Source: Guillardia theta CCMP2712 | Lineage: Eukaryota > Protista > Cryptophyta | NCBI RefSeq assembly: GCF_000315625.1 | Contig: NW_005434670.1 | Coordinates: 941,631-1,005,630, forward strand | Direction: 5' to 3' | DNA length: 64,000 bases | Shown: positions 35,967-51,995 of the stretch, piece after piece | Layout: each line of letters begins with the position of its first letter | Position numbering within the stretch: the stretch's first letter is position 1 | The notes under the pieces: generated by a model | Databases searched by the model: none | The model's input: the letters and a program-made list of their open reading frames with translations, nothing else | Told to the model about the DNA's origin: nothing | Position numbers and translations under genes: made by a program

Positions 35967-38936
35967 ATGGCGATTGTAGTGCTAACGGCGGTCCTTTCCC
36001 TGATTGCGGCGTATGCAAACGCTCAGCAGACATGCCCGGGGGTGGAAGCGATTTACACTGGAAGTCCTGTCGGAGCTTTTATTTCAGCATCGATCTCGTG
36101 GAAGCAGTTGTATGGCAATACGGTGTCCTTTGAGATTCAAGGGATGTGGAGACGAAAGCATCAGTGGCCTTGCTCCTTGAAGACAGGTTTCAGCGGTCCA
36201 GACGGATATCCTGGACTGGGGGACCAACTTAAAGTGATGGGGTTGTCGGCTATCGATGACACCTCACCGGATCCAAGGATCATCACACCTGGCAAGATTG
36301 GAGCTTTCTTCAGCACAGGTACGCCACTATCGTCCTGTCTTTGGTCACTGACTGTTGCGATGCAGGAGATGGGAAGGATTATGAACTGCCGTTGAAGGTT
36401 GTCTCCTATTCTATTGAAGAAGACTGGATTTCCACCATTTCTGTTTTGGTGCACACTTATCCCGCTCCTTTCCAAACATTGCAAGAGATTTACCCTGCAA
36501 GTTATGTTGCGGTTTCAGGCCAACAAGACTTGACTCAGCCATATACAATCATTCCATGGAGAGCCACTCTTTCAGGATGCTGTCGTAGGTGGGCTGCTCA
36601 GACTACAAGCTTGAACTTTGCTGTTGGAGCAGAGGTAGATCTGAGTAATCAAATTTCTTCAGCCAGAATTGTCAGCATGCCTTACTGGACTATCACCCCG
36701 ACCAAGAGGACGATCTCGGTCTGTGCTTTGTCTTTGACGGGGCAAATGGGTATGTTCCAGAAGAATGGAGGTACTTTGAACTGGCCTTTGGATGATAACA
36801 TACCAGCGAGCTTTGAGTGGAGTATTCTGGGTTCGAGCCTTCCAGCCAAAATTGTGAGCGGGGCACAAACATCATGTGTAGTGATCGAGGTTGATCCTTT
36901 GGGAGTCAGTGCAGGAGAATTCATCCGCCTGCGGAATAAATTAGGCAATGCAGTATCGGAAGCTGAAATGGCAATAGCGGTAAAGGCGAACACTGAAGTT
37001 CCGGCAACGCCAGTCGCGACATCCACGAATCCTGTTCTTGACACAAGGATGTCCTGTCCTGCAAGTTCAAGTTGCATGAAGATTCTCAGCCTTGGCAAGT
37101 ACTACGCCTGGTCTAAGATGAAATGGACAGCAGGAACTTGGACAAGCCCGCTCGAACTGAGGTATACAGTAGCTACTGCCTCCTCTCAAAGCCCTCTGGT
37201 TTCGACGTCGCAGTCTAGTGTTGTCTACAGCACCACCAAGGCCGGCGAGGACCATGCCTACCTCCCGCGGGGTTCCTGGCTGTCGCCTTACAACGATGCA
37301 GGGGAGTACGTGACAGACTTAGCGGTGACGTACACCTCTTCGACTACCAATGCGGACCCTTCTGCAGACCTTCCTATCTCTTATGGACAACGAGACTACT
37401 ACGACCAGGGAAATCCTCTCCCAAACGTCTGGAATTCTGTTCCAAACAGCAATTTCAATGACGGGTTTGGTGGAGCACACGTCAACCTGTTTATCCAGAG
37501 AATGACGTCTCAGGCTGCAGCAGGGATCGTAGACCCTAAAATCATGGCAGCTATAACTTCAATCAAGCTCGCCAACGAATCTCAAGTAGCCGACTACTTG
37601 TACGAAGGATACATCAAGCTTGAGAGAAATCTGCTGCAGCAGAGCAACCGGGGGAGCATCTTCATCATGTACAAAAAGGGGTCTGGTCCTCCTGTCCTAG
37701 ATATCTCGACATCGCCGGTCGTTGGGTACGTGAATGTGAACGCTTCGACGACAGTGGACGGAAGAAATCAAACAACAATCAACCTGTATGTAAAGTATAG
37801 TGACGACAAAAGCATCCAGAGGGCACTTATGTGGAGACCATGCACTTCGCAAAACGAGCCCGTCGTGATCTGTATCGCGACAGTTATCTCTGCAACAGGA
37901 TTCGGAGATCAGCAATTCTGTGTTTATCTTGATGTCGTTCCCCTTCGAGCTCCAGCCATCACTCCAAACCTACCAGGGCCATATTCAGCTATCATGGGCG
38001 ACCTGACAGAAATCACCTTGGCCATCGTTCGCAGGGATGAACCTATCTCCGGCCTCGACCAGGACCCAATTATCCAGTTCAGCTCAACGCATGGTTCGTT
38101 GCCTGAATTCAGGATGCAAGAAGCTCTCACCAGCGCCACCCCCGCTGTTCTACAACTTGTAATTATCATCTCAGTGACGTGTCGAAAAGTTCTGATGCCA
38201 TCGCATTGCAGGTGGGTGCGGATAAGAAGACCCCGGGCCTTTCTCAAGTGCTCGGCAGTGGCGACAGCGTTGTGTACGACTCGTATGTCTCCTACTTCCA
38301 GTGGATCCCCTCGCCCTATCAAGGGGGTTGGAAGGGTTCGATCTGTGTGGAAGTGTGTCTCGAAGCCGGAAGCTGCCCGGCGACCCCCAACGTCTTCAGT
38401 CCCGTCTGCTCGACATTCTGCCTGGACATACTCGTGGAGAGATGTAAATGGGCACTGCAGTCGGAGGATTCCTTCGCCGAGATCGCTCCTCGCTTCCGGA
38501 CCAACTGGCTGCAGGTCCTTCTGCCTCTTCGTACCCCGCGTTCCTCTGACTCGCAGCAGCTCTGGTACCTCAACCCCTTCTTCCAGCACCCCGACTACAG
38601 CGGAGTTTCGACACAAGCAGGGGCCGTGAAGGTGATCAACGTTGGTAGAGTGTACAGGGTGCAGATGGGAGATACGGTATGGTGTCTTGTCGCCTTCTCC
38701 TCGTTGCTCCGCTGACTCCACACCTCGCAGGTCAATTCCATCCTCGAGCGCTTCGGCGCTTCGCTGCAGAGCTTGATAAACTTGAATGCTGACGTCACCA
38801 ACTCATCCATCCTTGCCAAGAAGGGAGAGTTGGCGCTGCAGGTGAAGCAAGAGCGCCAGCCCTCTTGTCTTGCCCGCTGACTTTGTTGAAGGAGTTGTGT
38901 ATCATCCCTGATTCTTGCGCCGTGCTGGCGAGCTAG
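35967..38936 (+). CDS. Secreted multidomain protein B: signal peptide, Sib-like N-terminal region, MABP-like beta-prism, two C-terminal LysM domains
   Basis: Signal peptide MAIVVLTAVLSLIAAYANA, then AFISASISWKQ, TG|DG..VVSYSIEEDW and PWRATLSGCCR. The middle has YVTDLAV/AITSIKL/PPVLDI repeats. LysM1 is CKWALQSEDSFAEIAPRFRTNWLQ|LWYLNP; LysM2 is YRVQMGDT|VNSILERFGASLQSLINLN...ELCIIPDSC. Confidence 0.85.
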
Positions 38937-39432
38937 AGCGAGTCGTTTCCCTTGTCCCCATCACCGTGTAAATAGGTTGAATTTATTGTATGGCTAGTGC
39001 ATGCAAGAGCCAATGAAAGAACAGCGTCTTGTTGCGATTGATAGGGTGAGCAGCTCTTTTACCGCCTCCTCCTCTCAATCTTCTCCCCGCGCCACCATGA
39101 CATCTCTCTCTGCTCTACGTCGTGACTTCATTTTTGCACTGCACCTACTAAAAAAGCGCAAGTCACTCTGTCGGTTTCTTTTTTACTTTTTTTTAAGTTT
39201 TTCTCATTTTTTTTTAGTTGAACACTTTTACCACAATCGTGCTGTCGGGGAGGGTGCGAAATGCTGGGGCAAGGCGAAGAGGGCAGAGGGAGAGGGGAGG
39301 GAGAGGAGGGCGAGAGCAGAGGAAGAGGAACAGGGTAAGGAGGAGGAGGAGGAGAAGGAGGAGGAGGAGGAGGAGGAGGAGGGGAGGGATACGACAACAA
39401 GCATGAAGGTTCCTTGAGAATGAAGTGAAGTC

Positions 39433-44131
<4,699 letters not shown>

Positions 44132-44309
44132 ACTGATCCCTCCCCCTCCCCCTCCCCCGAAGTCTCCCTCTTCCTCCCTCTTTCGCCCCCTCCCTCCCCT
44201 CCTCCTACCTATCCCCCTCTCCTCCCCTCCATCCCATCCCTTGGATATCATATCTTTTATACACAGATCAGCACAGCCCTTGCACGTCTAGATAAGAGGC
44301 CCCTGATAC

Positions 44310-46718
44310 TCAAGGAGCGATCCCTTCAAGTAGTACCTGCAGAGACGTCAGCCAACGAGAAACGAGGAGGGCAGGGAAGAGGAGTGAAGGAGAAGGAAGG
44401 AGAGGGGGGAAGTGAAGAGGCGACGAGGAGGGGAGAGAAATGGAGGAAGTGAGAGAAGGTGGCTGAAAGTTGGGATAGAGACGCAAACAAAGGGAAGGGG
44501 AAGAAGAGAGGATGGGAGGCAAGAGGAAGAGGAAGGGAGGAGGAATGAAAGGGAGGGAAGAGAAAGAGGAAGGGCAAGGCAGGGGAGTAGAAGGAAGAGG
44601 AGGGGAGGATAGAGGAGGAGGCAGGCACAGACCAGCATCCCTGCCTTCCCTTGGCGTTGCTTCTCTCCAGCACGCTTCTCTCCCAGAACTCTACCAACTT
44701 CGACCTGTTGCCCTCTCAGCGCCTCAACCTCCTCATCCTCCTCCTCGTCGTCATCACCATCAACAATCATCGTCCTCTATAACATCTCCGTTGCCATCAT
44801 CACCATCACCATCATCACCATCACCATCATCATCAGCAGCACCATCATCGTTTCTCACCCGGGGCCCAACATCCTTGCTCGGAACTGGACGTATGCTCTA
44901 TCCTTCTCTGTGAACCTGCAGGATGGTGTGACTTCCCTCGCTCCCTTCTCATAAATCCTTCTCTCCTCTCCTCTCCCCTCCTGCCTTCTCCCCTCCTCTC
45001 CTCTCGCCCCATCCTCCTCTCCTCTCGCCCCATCCTCCTCTCCTCTCGCTCCATCCTCCTCTTCTCTTCTCCTCTCCCACTCACTGGCATTCCTCCACGT
45101 TGACTCCCAGAATTTCTCCACCGTTGGTCTGGAAGCTGTATCTGAAGGGGAGGTAAGGGAGAGAGCAGACCGAGGAGAAAGAACGAGGGGAAGACGGAGG
45201 AGGAGGAGCGAAAAGGAGGAGGAGCGAAAAGGAGGAGGAGCGAAAAGGAGGAGGAGGAGGAGGAGGAGGAGGAGGAGGAGGGTTGGCATGGACGAGGAAG
45301 AAATTTTCTCACGATTGGCAGAAGTCAATGAGCTCGCGACGCCACATGGCCTGACAAGCTCGTTAGAAACAAGACCATCATCCCCCAACAGTCAACTCTC
45401 CCTGTCCCTCCTCCCTCTCTATCTCTCCCTGCGCGGATCCTCCTCCTCCTCCTCCTCCTCTTCCTCCTCCTCTATCATGTTCCTCTTAATGCCACCACCA
45501 CTACAGTCCTATGACACCTCAAAATCTCATCACAAAATCCTCCACACTCTCCTACCAACTCTACCCGCTCCTACTCTTTGTCCCATCCTCATCTTACACA
45601 TCGATCGTCACCTGGTTCGTGTTGTACTCTGGACTCTTTCGTGCAGTTGTTCGCATCAGGAAGTCTAGAGGAAATTCAAGATCAGCAAGACAAAAGAGAA
45701 AAGAGCGAGACGATCTGAAGGAGGAAGAGGAGGAGGGAGAAGAGGAGGAGGATGGGGGGGTAGCACTGGTACCAGGAAGGCAGTAGGCAAATGCGGAGTA
45801 ACGTGCTCGGATTAGCTCAACCTGAAGAAACGTCAGAGGTCAACGAGGATGAGGATGAGGATGAGGATGAGGATGAGGATGAGGAGGAGGAGGAGGAGGA
45901 GGAGGACGAAAGTAAGGGAGATAGGAGCAGGAGCAGGAAGAGAGAGAAAGAGAGGAGCAGCAGAGGGACTGAACTCACCGGGTCAAGGGGAGGATTCTCG
46001 CTAGAGTGCCATCTACCACCTGGCCGAACACTTCGATCAGACGAGAAAAGTGGACAAGGATGACAAGAACAAGGAGGGGAGGGGGGGAGGAGGAGGGGAG
46101 GGGGGGAGGAATAGGAGCAAGAGAAAGTGGAGGAGCAGGGGGAGCAGGAGCAGGATGAGGAGCAGGATGAGAAGAAACGACTTACAGCATCTCTCATACA
46201 TGAACCCGGACCCGCATGCACAAGGAGTTGTGCGGGGGTTAACGGGAACTCGATTCTGCACTACGAGGTACTTCAAGTCCGGGGAAACTTCCGTGTTAGC
46301 TGCAGTGACGTCAGTCTGCAGCTGACGGCAGCATGAGAGTCAGTATAGCTATCAAGCTCACCTTGCATGCGAAGGCTGGCAGGTCTTCTCCTCGACAGAG
46401 AGGAAGCAATGCTTCTTGAGTCCACGGCGTTGGGAGCCTGAGGGAGAGAGCAAAGCTCAGGACTAGGGAGGTTGAGCAGAGCAGAGCAGAGCAGAGCAGA
46501 GGCGAGCAGAGGAGGTTGAACGAAGAAGGATGGGAAGAGAAGAGACTTCGGAAGTGGGAAGAAGGAAGACTAGAGGACAAGGCTAGAGCGAGGATCACCT
46601 TGCCCCGTAGCTGGAAGGAGGGCTGGAGGTGGTAAGCGTCTACTGCAGAGACGAGGATTACACACACGAGGAGCAGGTGTCCCTGTCCTGGTCTTTGGAG
46701 CCAGTTGCTGTGGGTCAT
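44310..46718 (-). CDS. SEC-C motif / YchJ-like (UPF0225) protein with putative bipartite plastid-targeting presequence
   Basis: PCACGSGFMYERCCK, ARYSAFAY, DFLMRTTA and VEFWERSVLER...VLLEG lie across short exons. The N-terminus reads LLLVCVILVSAVDA-YHLQPSF. Confidence 0.75.
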
Positions 46719-48221
46719 TGTCGTGGGATACAAGCTGCCACAAAATTAGTCGGGAGGAGTAGGAAAAGGTCGTGCAACGAGCTTCATGTTGGGAGGAGGC
46801 CAGGAGGGGGGGGGGGGCTGTAGAGGGGAGGGACAGCAAGGTTCAAATTTTCTGAACTTTTAGGCAGGACATTTCCAATCGCATTACTACCTCAACGTGT
46901 GAATTCATGTTGTTCATCACCATTTCGCTGTCTTTGTTTGCTTTTTCCTCCCTTTCCCCTACCACTACATCCAAGGATTTTACTCCACCATCTTCCAATT
47001 CCCGTCCTGACTCGTTCATTACCGTCGTTTTTCAGGTCTCCATTGTTTCCCTTTCCCTCTATCACATGCGCGCTATCTACTACGTTCACTTCTTCCATTG
47101 GACTCTTATCCTTGTCTATTCTAGGTCCTCGTCCTCGTCCTCGCAAATTCTTGCACCTTCTCACTCAACTTCTCGTCCTCGTTCCCTCTTCGTCCTTCCT
47201 CCAGCTCATCCTCCCCATCTTACTCCTCGTCCTCGTCCTCATCCTTGTCCTCGCTCTCATCTTCCTCCTCCTCCTTCTCCTCCTCGTCCTCCTCCTCGTC
47301 GTCGTCCTTCCCTCATCTTGCGCATTGCTCTAGCACACAAGGCCTTCCAAACGAATCACAGAGAAATCTCACTATCGATTAACAGAGATTTACACGATGT
47401 CACAGAGAAGCCCAAATCACGATTAACAGAGAATGACTCTGAATCACACGCTGTCACACATTTTCGCGTAAGCCCTAGCTGTAAAGAGAATCTCTCTGCC
47501 TTCCCCACGGTTTATGTCACAACCCATAGGGCTGGGGGTCCGGGGAGGGAGGGAAGGGGTGAGGGCATGGGGCCGAGAGTTTAAAGACAGAATTAGAAAA
47601 TCGGATAGGAAGGGGCCGGGGGGTTGGTGTTGAGCCTTGAAGGTGTGATCGGGGGAAAGGACATAGCGGGGAGGAGGGGCAGACATTCATGAGTCCCAAA
47701 GAAGTGGGAGACACCCGTGAGTTCGTTTTACAGTAGCAAGGGTCAGAAATCTCCCTCAGTCACTACTACCGTAGCAGCGCGAGTCACAAAAATTCTCTTT
47801 CGGGCGGCGCAAACTCCTCCCGGCTCACGATGCTTTTAGCCTCCACCGCCAGACGCGTTGAAGTTGATCAGTACTACTGAAAAACTGAAAAAGTTTGTAC
47901 CACCGCGGGGGGGTACATTTTGCTTCCGCAGTTTAGCCGTGAGTGGCCGCGCTCGGAGTCGCCCAGGGCCCGTCCGCCCCGCCCGGGCCCGTACTATCAT
48001 CGGAGCGGCCGGGCCGGTCTGGGCCGGGCGGCGGACCGGGCAACTGTGCAAACAAAAAGGTCAAGATGACAACCCGGCGGTGTAGTAGTGAGATGACAGT
48101 GAGTATCAAGAGGCAGGGGGCATGAGGCAACAAACAAGCAGTGCTAGTTCAGCTACAGCTGAGCAGCACTATCGGGACTAGCTAGACCACTGGCAGTCTG
48201 AGGTGAAGAGAGGCTCTGGAC

Positions 48222-49350
48222 TATGATGATGATGGTGATGATGGTGATGATCATTTGTAAGGTTCAGTGAGACAGATCATGAGAGCCTTAGGGAGGAGAT
48301 TCCGATAGTGAAGCAACTGTGATTTGATTGTGTTACATACTTATCTGTGATTTGACCTGGGTCTGCGGAGGCTCGTTTTCAGCAGCTTCCTTGGAATGTG
48401 TGATGGATAATTGATTCTTCTCATCAGGGAGTTGTTTTGATCTGGGACAAACAGTAGAATGCGGCGTTCATATTTCTTCTCCTTCATTCAATTGAACATG
48501 GGTATCATCTCGCTGTCATTCTATGTCTTCCTAGGAGCTGTAGCTCGACGATTCTTCCCCCTGCAGATATTGACAGTGGCTGGACAAAAAGAAGTCAAGT
48601 GGACAAGTATGAACTTCGTTGACGTTGTCCTTGTGGTGAGCATAGAACATTCTGTCCTGCACCTGTTCCCTTTGTGACGAGGCCACCTTTCCACAGATTG
48701 AGTCGTTCATGATGATCTTGGCTGCGCTCATATTTCTTGGGAGGGAGACATTTTGCCTTTCTAAAACTTTGGCCGAGACGACGAGTGCGAACCACGTGTT
48801 TCTGGGATCGAACAAAGTTGCCATGCTCCTGGGCTTCGCATGCGAGGCTGTCGCATTTGTGGCTTCATGCATCGGACTGGCAATGGCGTGTATTACACTC
48901 AATTCGGTATGCCCTAATTGGAGAAATCATCATAGAGCAGGCAAGCTTTGACCATCATGGTTGTAGGTTGTCGGTAAGAGCTGTCTGTCAGCGAGAACTG
49001 TGGAATTTTCGTGTGGAGGTATCGCAAGTTTGTCCCTGTGACATCTTCATGTCTGTGATTTTCGATTGCAGTCGAGGCGCCAGTGGACGACACGCTTCCC
49101 ACATGTATCTTGGTGAGGCTGCAGCAATGGCTGGCATCCCTATTCTTGATCTACTATCTCTTCTCGGGGGGGACGTCGGCCACGATGATGTACTATTATC
49201 AGAGGAATTTCGAGAAAGTGACAGAGGCATAAAATTTACAAAGATGGCACTCGATCGCACTTGCCAAGAAAACACAATGTACAACGCAGAATGCCCTTGA
49301 TTTGCAGGCTCAGAGAAGACGAGTAAGGAGCGGTCAAGCTCTCATAGTCT
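48222..49350 (+). CDS. Hypothetical multi-pass membrane protein
   Basis: Several hydrophobic plus-strand ORF segments (MGIISLSFYVFLG, MMILAALIFLG, AMLLGFACEAVAFVASCIGLAMAC) separated by short putative introns. Confidence 0.4.
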
Positions 49351-49404
49351 GCGATAGGGTTCGCTCTCGTTGCCAGACGTAAGGCCTGGCTGAGTGCTTC
49401 CACT

Positions 49405-50353
49405 TTGAGCAAGCCTCGCCTCCATCTCCTCCACCTGGCGGGCAGGAGTCAGGATCGTGTCAACCGCTGCTCTAACCCACTCACCCCGTTCAATCTCCCC
49501 GAAAAGATTCGCCACGGTCCTTTCAAAATGGACGTGCCCGGAAGGTTCAGACCCTCTAGACGCTCAGAAATTTGCTGTCTACATTTTTGACATAAGGACG
49601 AGTCGAACAAGGAGCAAACTTTGTCACCTGAATCTGAATATCGTGTAGATTACCGCCGCAGTAAAGCATAACCAGAACAGCGTCGACCAAAAACTGCAAG
49701 GGAGACCCAAACTCCAACACTCTTCATCCGGCATGAATGCAGCATCGACTCTTCAAGCCGAACATGTCACATACCAAGAATATCTTTCTTGTCGATCTCA
49801 CCTCACACGCAGCAAGATATGCAAATTCGTTTCGGGGTTCGGTGTGATCACAGCGATCGTGTAAGGAACGTACTGCTCCTTCCCGTCCACCTTCATGTTG
49901 TGCCCTCGGCATTCTTTGGTCTGCAGCGACATGCAATTCACCCACTTGTTCAGTGCTGAATCTTCTTTGCATGGCTCGGCACTTGCATCGCGGGCCAACA
50001 ACTTTTGGTAGTTGATCTCATCGTAGATGGATACCTATAACAGCATGATTCAGAGGAACAATATCATGGTAAGCAGCTCCAGCACGAACCATGAATGGAA
50101 CCTTGACAGTATCGGATTTGTCGATATGCAACACCCGAATATCCCATCCATCTGATTCAGTCAGAGGAGCCGAGAGGTTGTACATTCCGCGGCTTTCGGC
50201 TGAGAGGACCAGACGGTTGGGGCAGAAGTCATCAACATTGTCACCACATGGCTGCGGGCATTGAGGGGTAGCCGGCACACTCCTGCATCTGCTGCGCTCC
50301 ACAAAAAGGCATACAAAGAATAAAACCGAAGCTGCAGACTGACATTTGTACAT
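49405..50353 (-). CDS. Hypothetical Cys-containing secreted or single-pass membrane protein
   Basis: Signal-like SAASVLFFVCLFV; Cys-rich exons at 50018-50371 and 49798-50001; hydrophobic FWSTLFWLCFTAA near 49660. Confidence 0.4.
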
Positions 50354-51211
50354 CTTTGCACAACCTGCCACTGACGGTAAGAGAGCATCGTGATCAGTCT
50401 TCTTGCATAAGAAAACTTGGCTTTCTCCATGAATTGCTGCCCTCTATGACCAACCATGCATTGACATGATCTCTTTGAATCTTTCCATCCATTCTTGGTT
50501 CTTATCTGCTCATCTTCAGCGATGTACCCTCTCAATCAATGGCTAACTATCGTCTCGCGAACTTACATAAAACCATGCTTCATCTGACCTTTTTCCTTCC
50601 CTCTCTCTTCTCCTCTCCCTTCATGAAATCTTCCCCTTTCTTCTTCCCTCTCTCTTCTCCTCTCCCTTCATGCAATCTTCCCCTTTCTTCTTCCCTCTCT
50701 CCTCTCTTCTCCTCTCCGTGCGATCTTTCTATCTCTTCCTCCCCTCTACGCCTCTTCCACCAGCCATCACCATACACCAGACGGAAATCTCAGCAAACCT
50801 TCACTGCTCATTCGTATTCCGATGGGGGCTTTCTGATAAAAGAATTTCGAAAACATTCCCCGACAATTTTGAATATCTCAATGATAACTACATATACCAA
50901 TGAAAAATATTTGGAAATGGCACGGAATTTGTACACGTGCTCCGATAGGCTGTATGTGTAAGCAACCGTTACATTTGTCATAACCGCCTTACACCAGGGC
51001 AGGTGGGGCCCGCCGGGCCCGCGCCGCCGGCCCCCCGGACTTGCTAACTTAACAGCTTCACTGACGGTTTCGACTGTCGGAGGCCCGGCCGGCATGTCCC
51101 GAGGCATCATGGCATCTGACTAGGTCACAGAACTCCGCGAGGCCGAGCGCCGACTATGTGCATAGCCTTCCATGCAGCCTGAGGGTCACCGGGAGGGCGA
51201 GTCAGGCACTG

Positions 51212-51963
51212 CTATCTTAGTGATCGCTGTACCTGATGCTCATCCTGCCCGACGGTCGGCTCCTCCTTGGTCATGGTGTAGACATCCCACAGCTGCTTCA
51301 GCATCACAGGAGGCATCCAACGTCCCCCGCCACTCACAGCTCTGCACATCTGATCGAAGTCGTTGACCCAGGCACTGACGTCGAACAGCGGGGACCATCT
51401 GGACGGCTGTGAGAGGAGAAGGAGGAGGAGGAGGAGGAGGAGAAGGAGGAGGAGAAGGAGGAGCAAGCGCTGGAGCATGAGCAGGAGGAGCATGAGAAGT
51501 AGAAAGAGCAGCAGGAGTAAAAAGGGGAGGACGAGGAAGAGGAGGAGGAGGAGGAGGTAGATAGTGAGGAGGGGGAGGAGGGGGAGGGGGAGGAGGGGGA
51601 GGAGGAAGATAGGGAGGAGGACGAGGAGGACGAGGAGGACGAGGAAGATAGGGAGGAGGTAGATAGTGAAGAGGAGGAGGAGAAGGAGGAGGAAGAGGAG
51701 GAGGAGGTGGATAGGGAGGAGGAGGGACAAGGGGAAGCTGTTCACATGATCCTCCGAAGAAGCTTTGTCTTGAGCTTGTCGACAGCTCTTCCCCCCAGCG
51801 CTTCCGAGCTCTCTTCTCTCGCAAACCTGTGAGCAAGCTGGTTCAAAGTCAGTGCTCCTTAAAATGCTACAAGAATGAACGGAGATTGAGCAGAAAGTCG
51901 AAGGGGGAAGAATGACGACAAGGACGAGGACGACGAAGGGATAGAGGGAGAGGGCGACGACAG

Positions 51964-51995
<32 letters not shown>

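Noticed and set aside
51240-51836. Extensin-like proline-rich ORF
   Set aside because: It derives from a CCT-rich intron of the GT41 gene.
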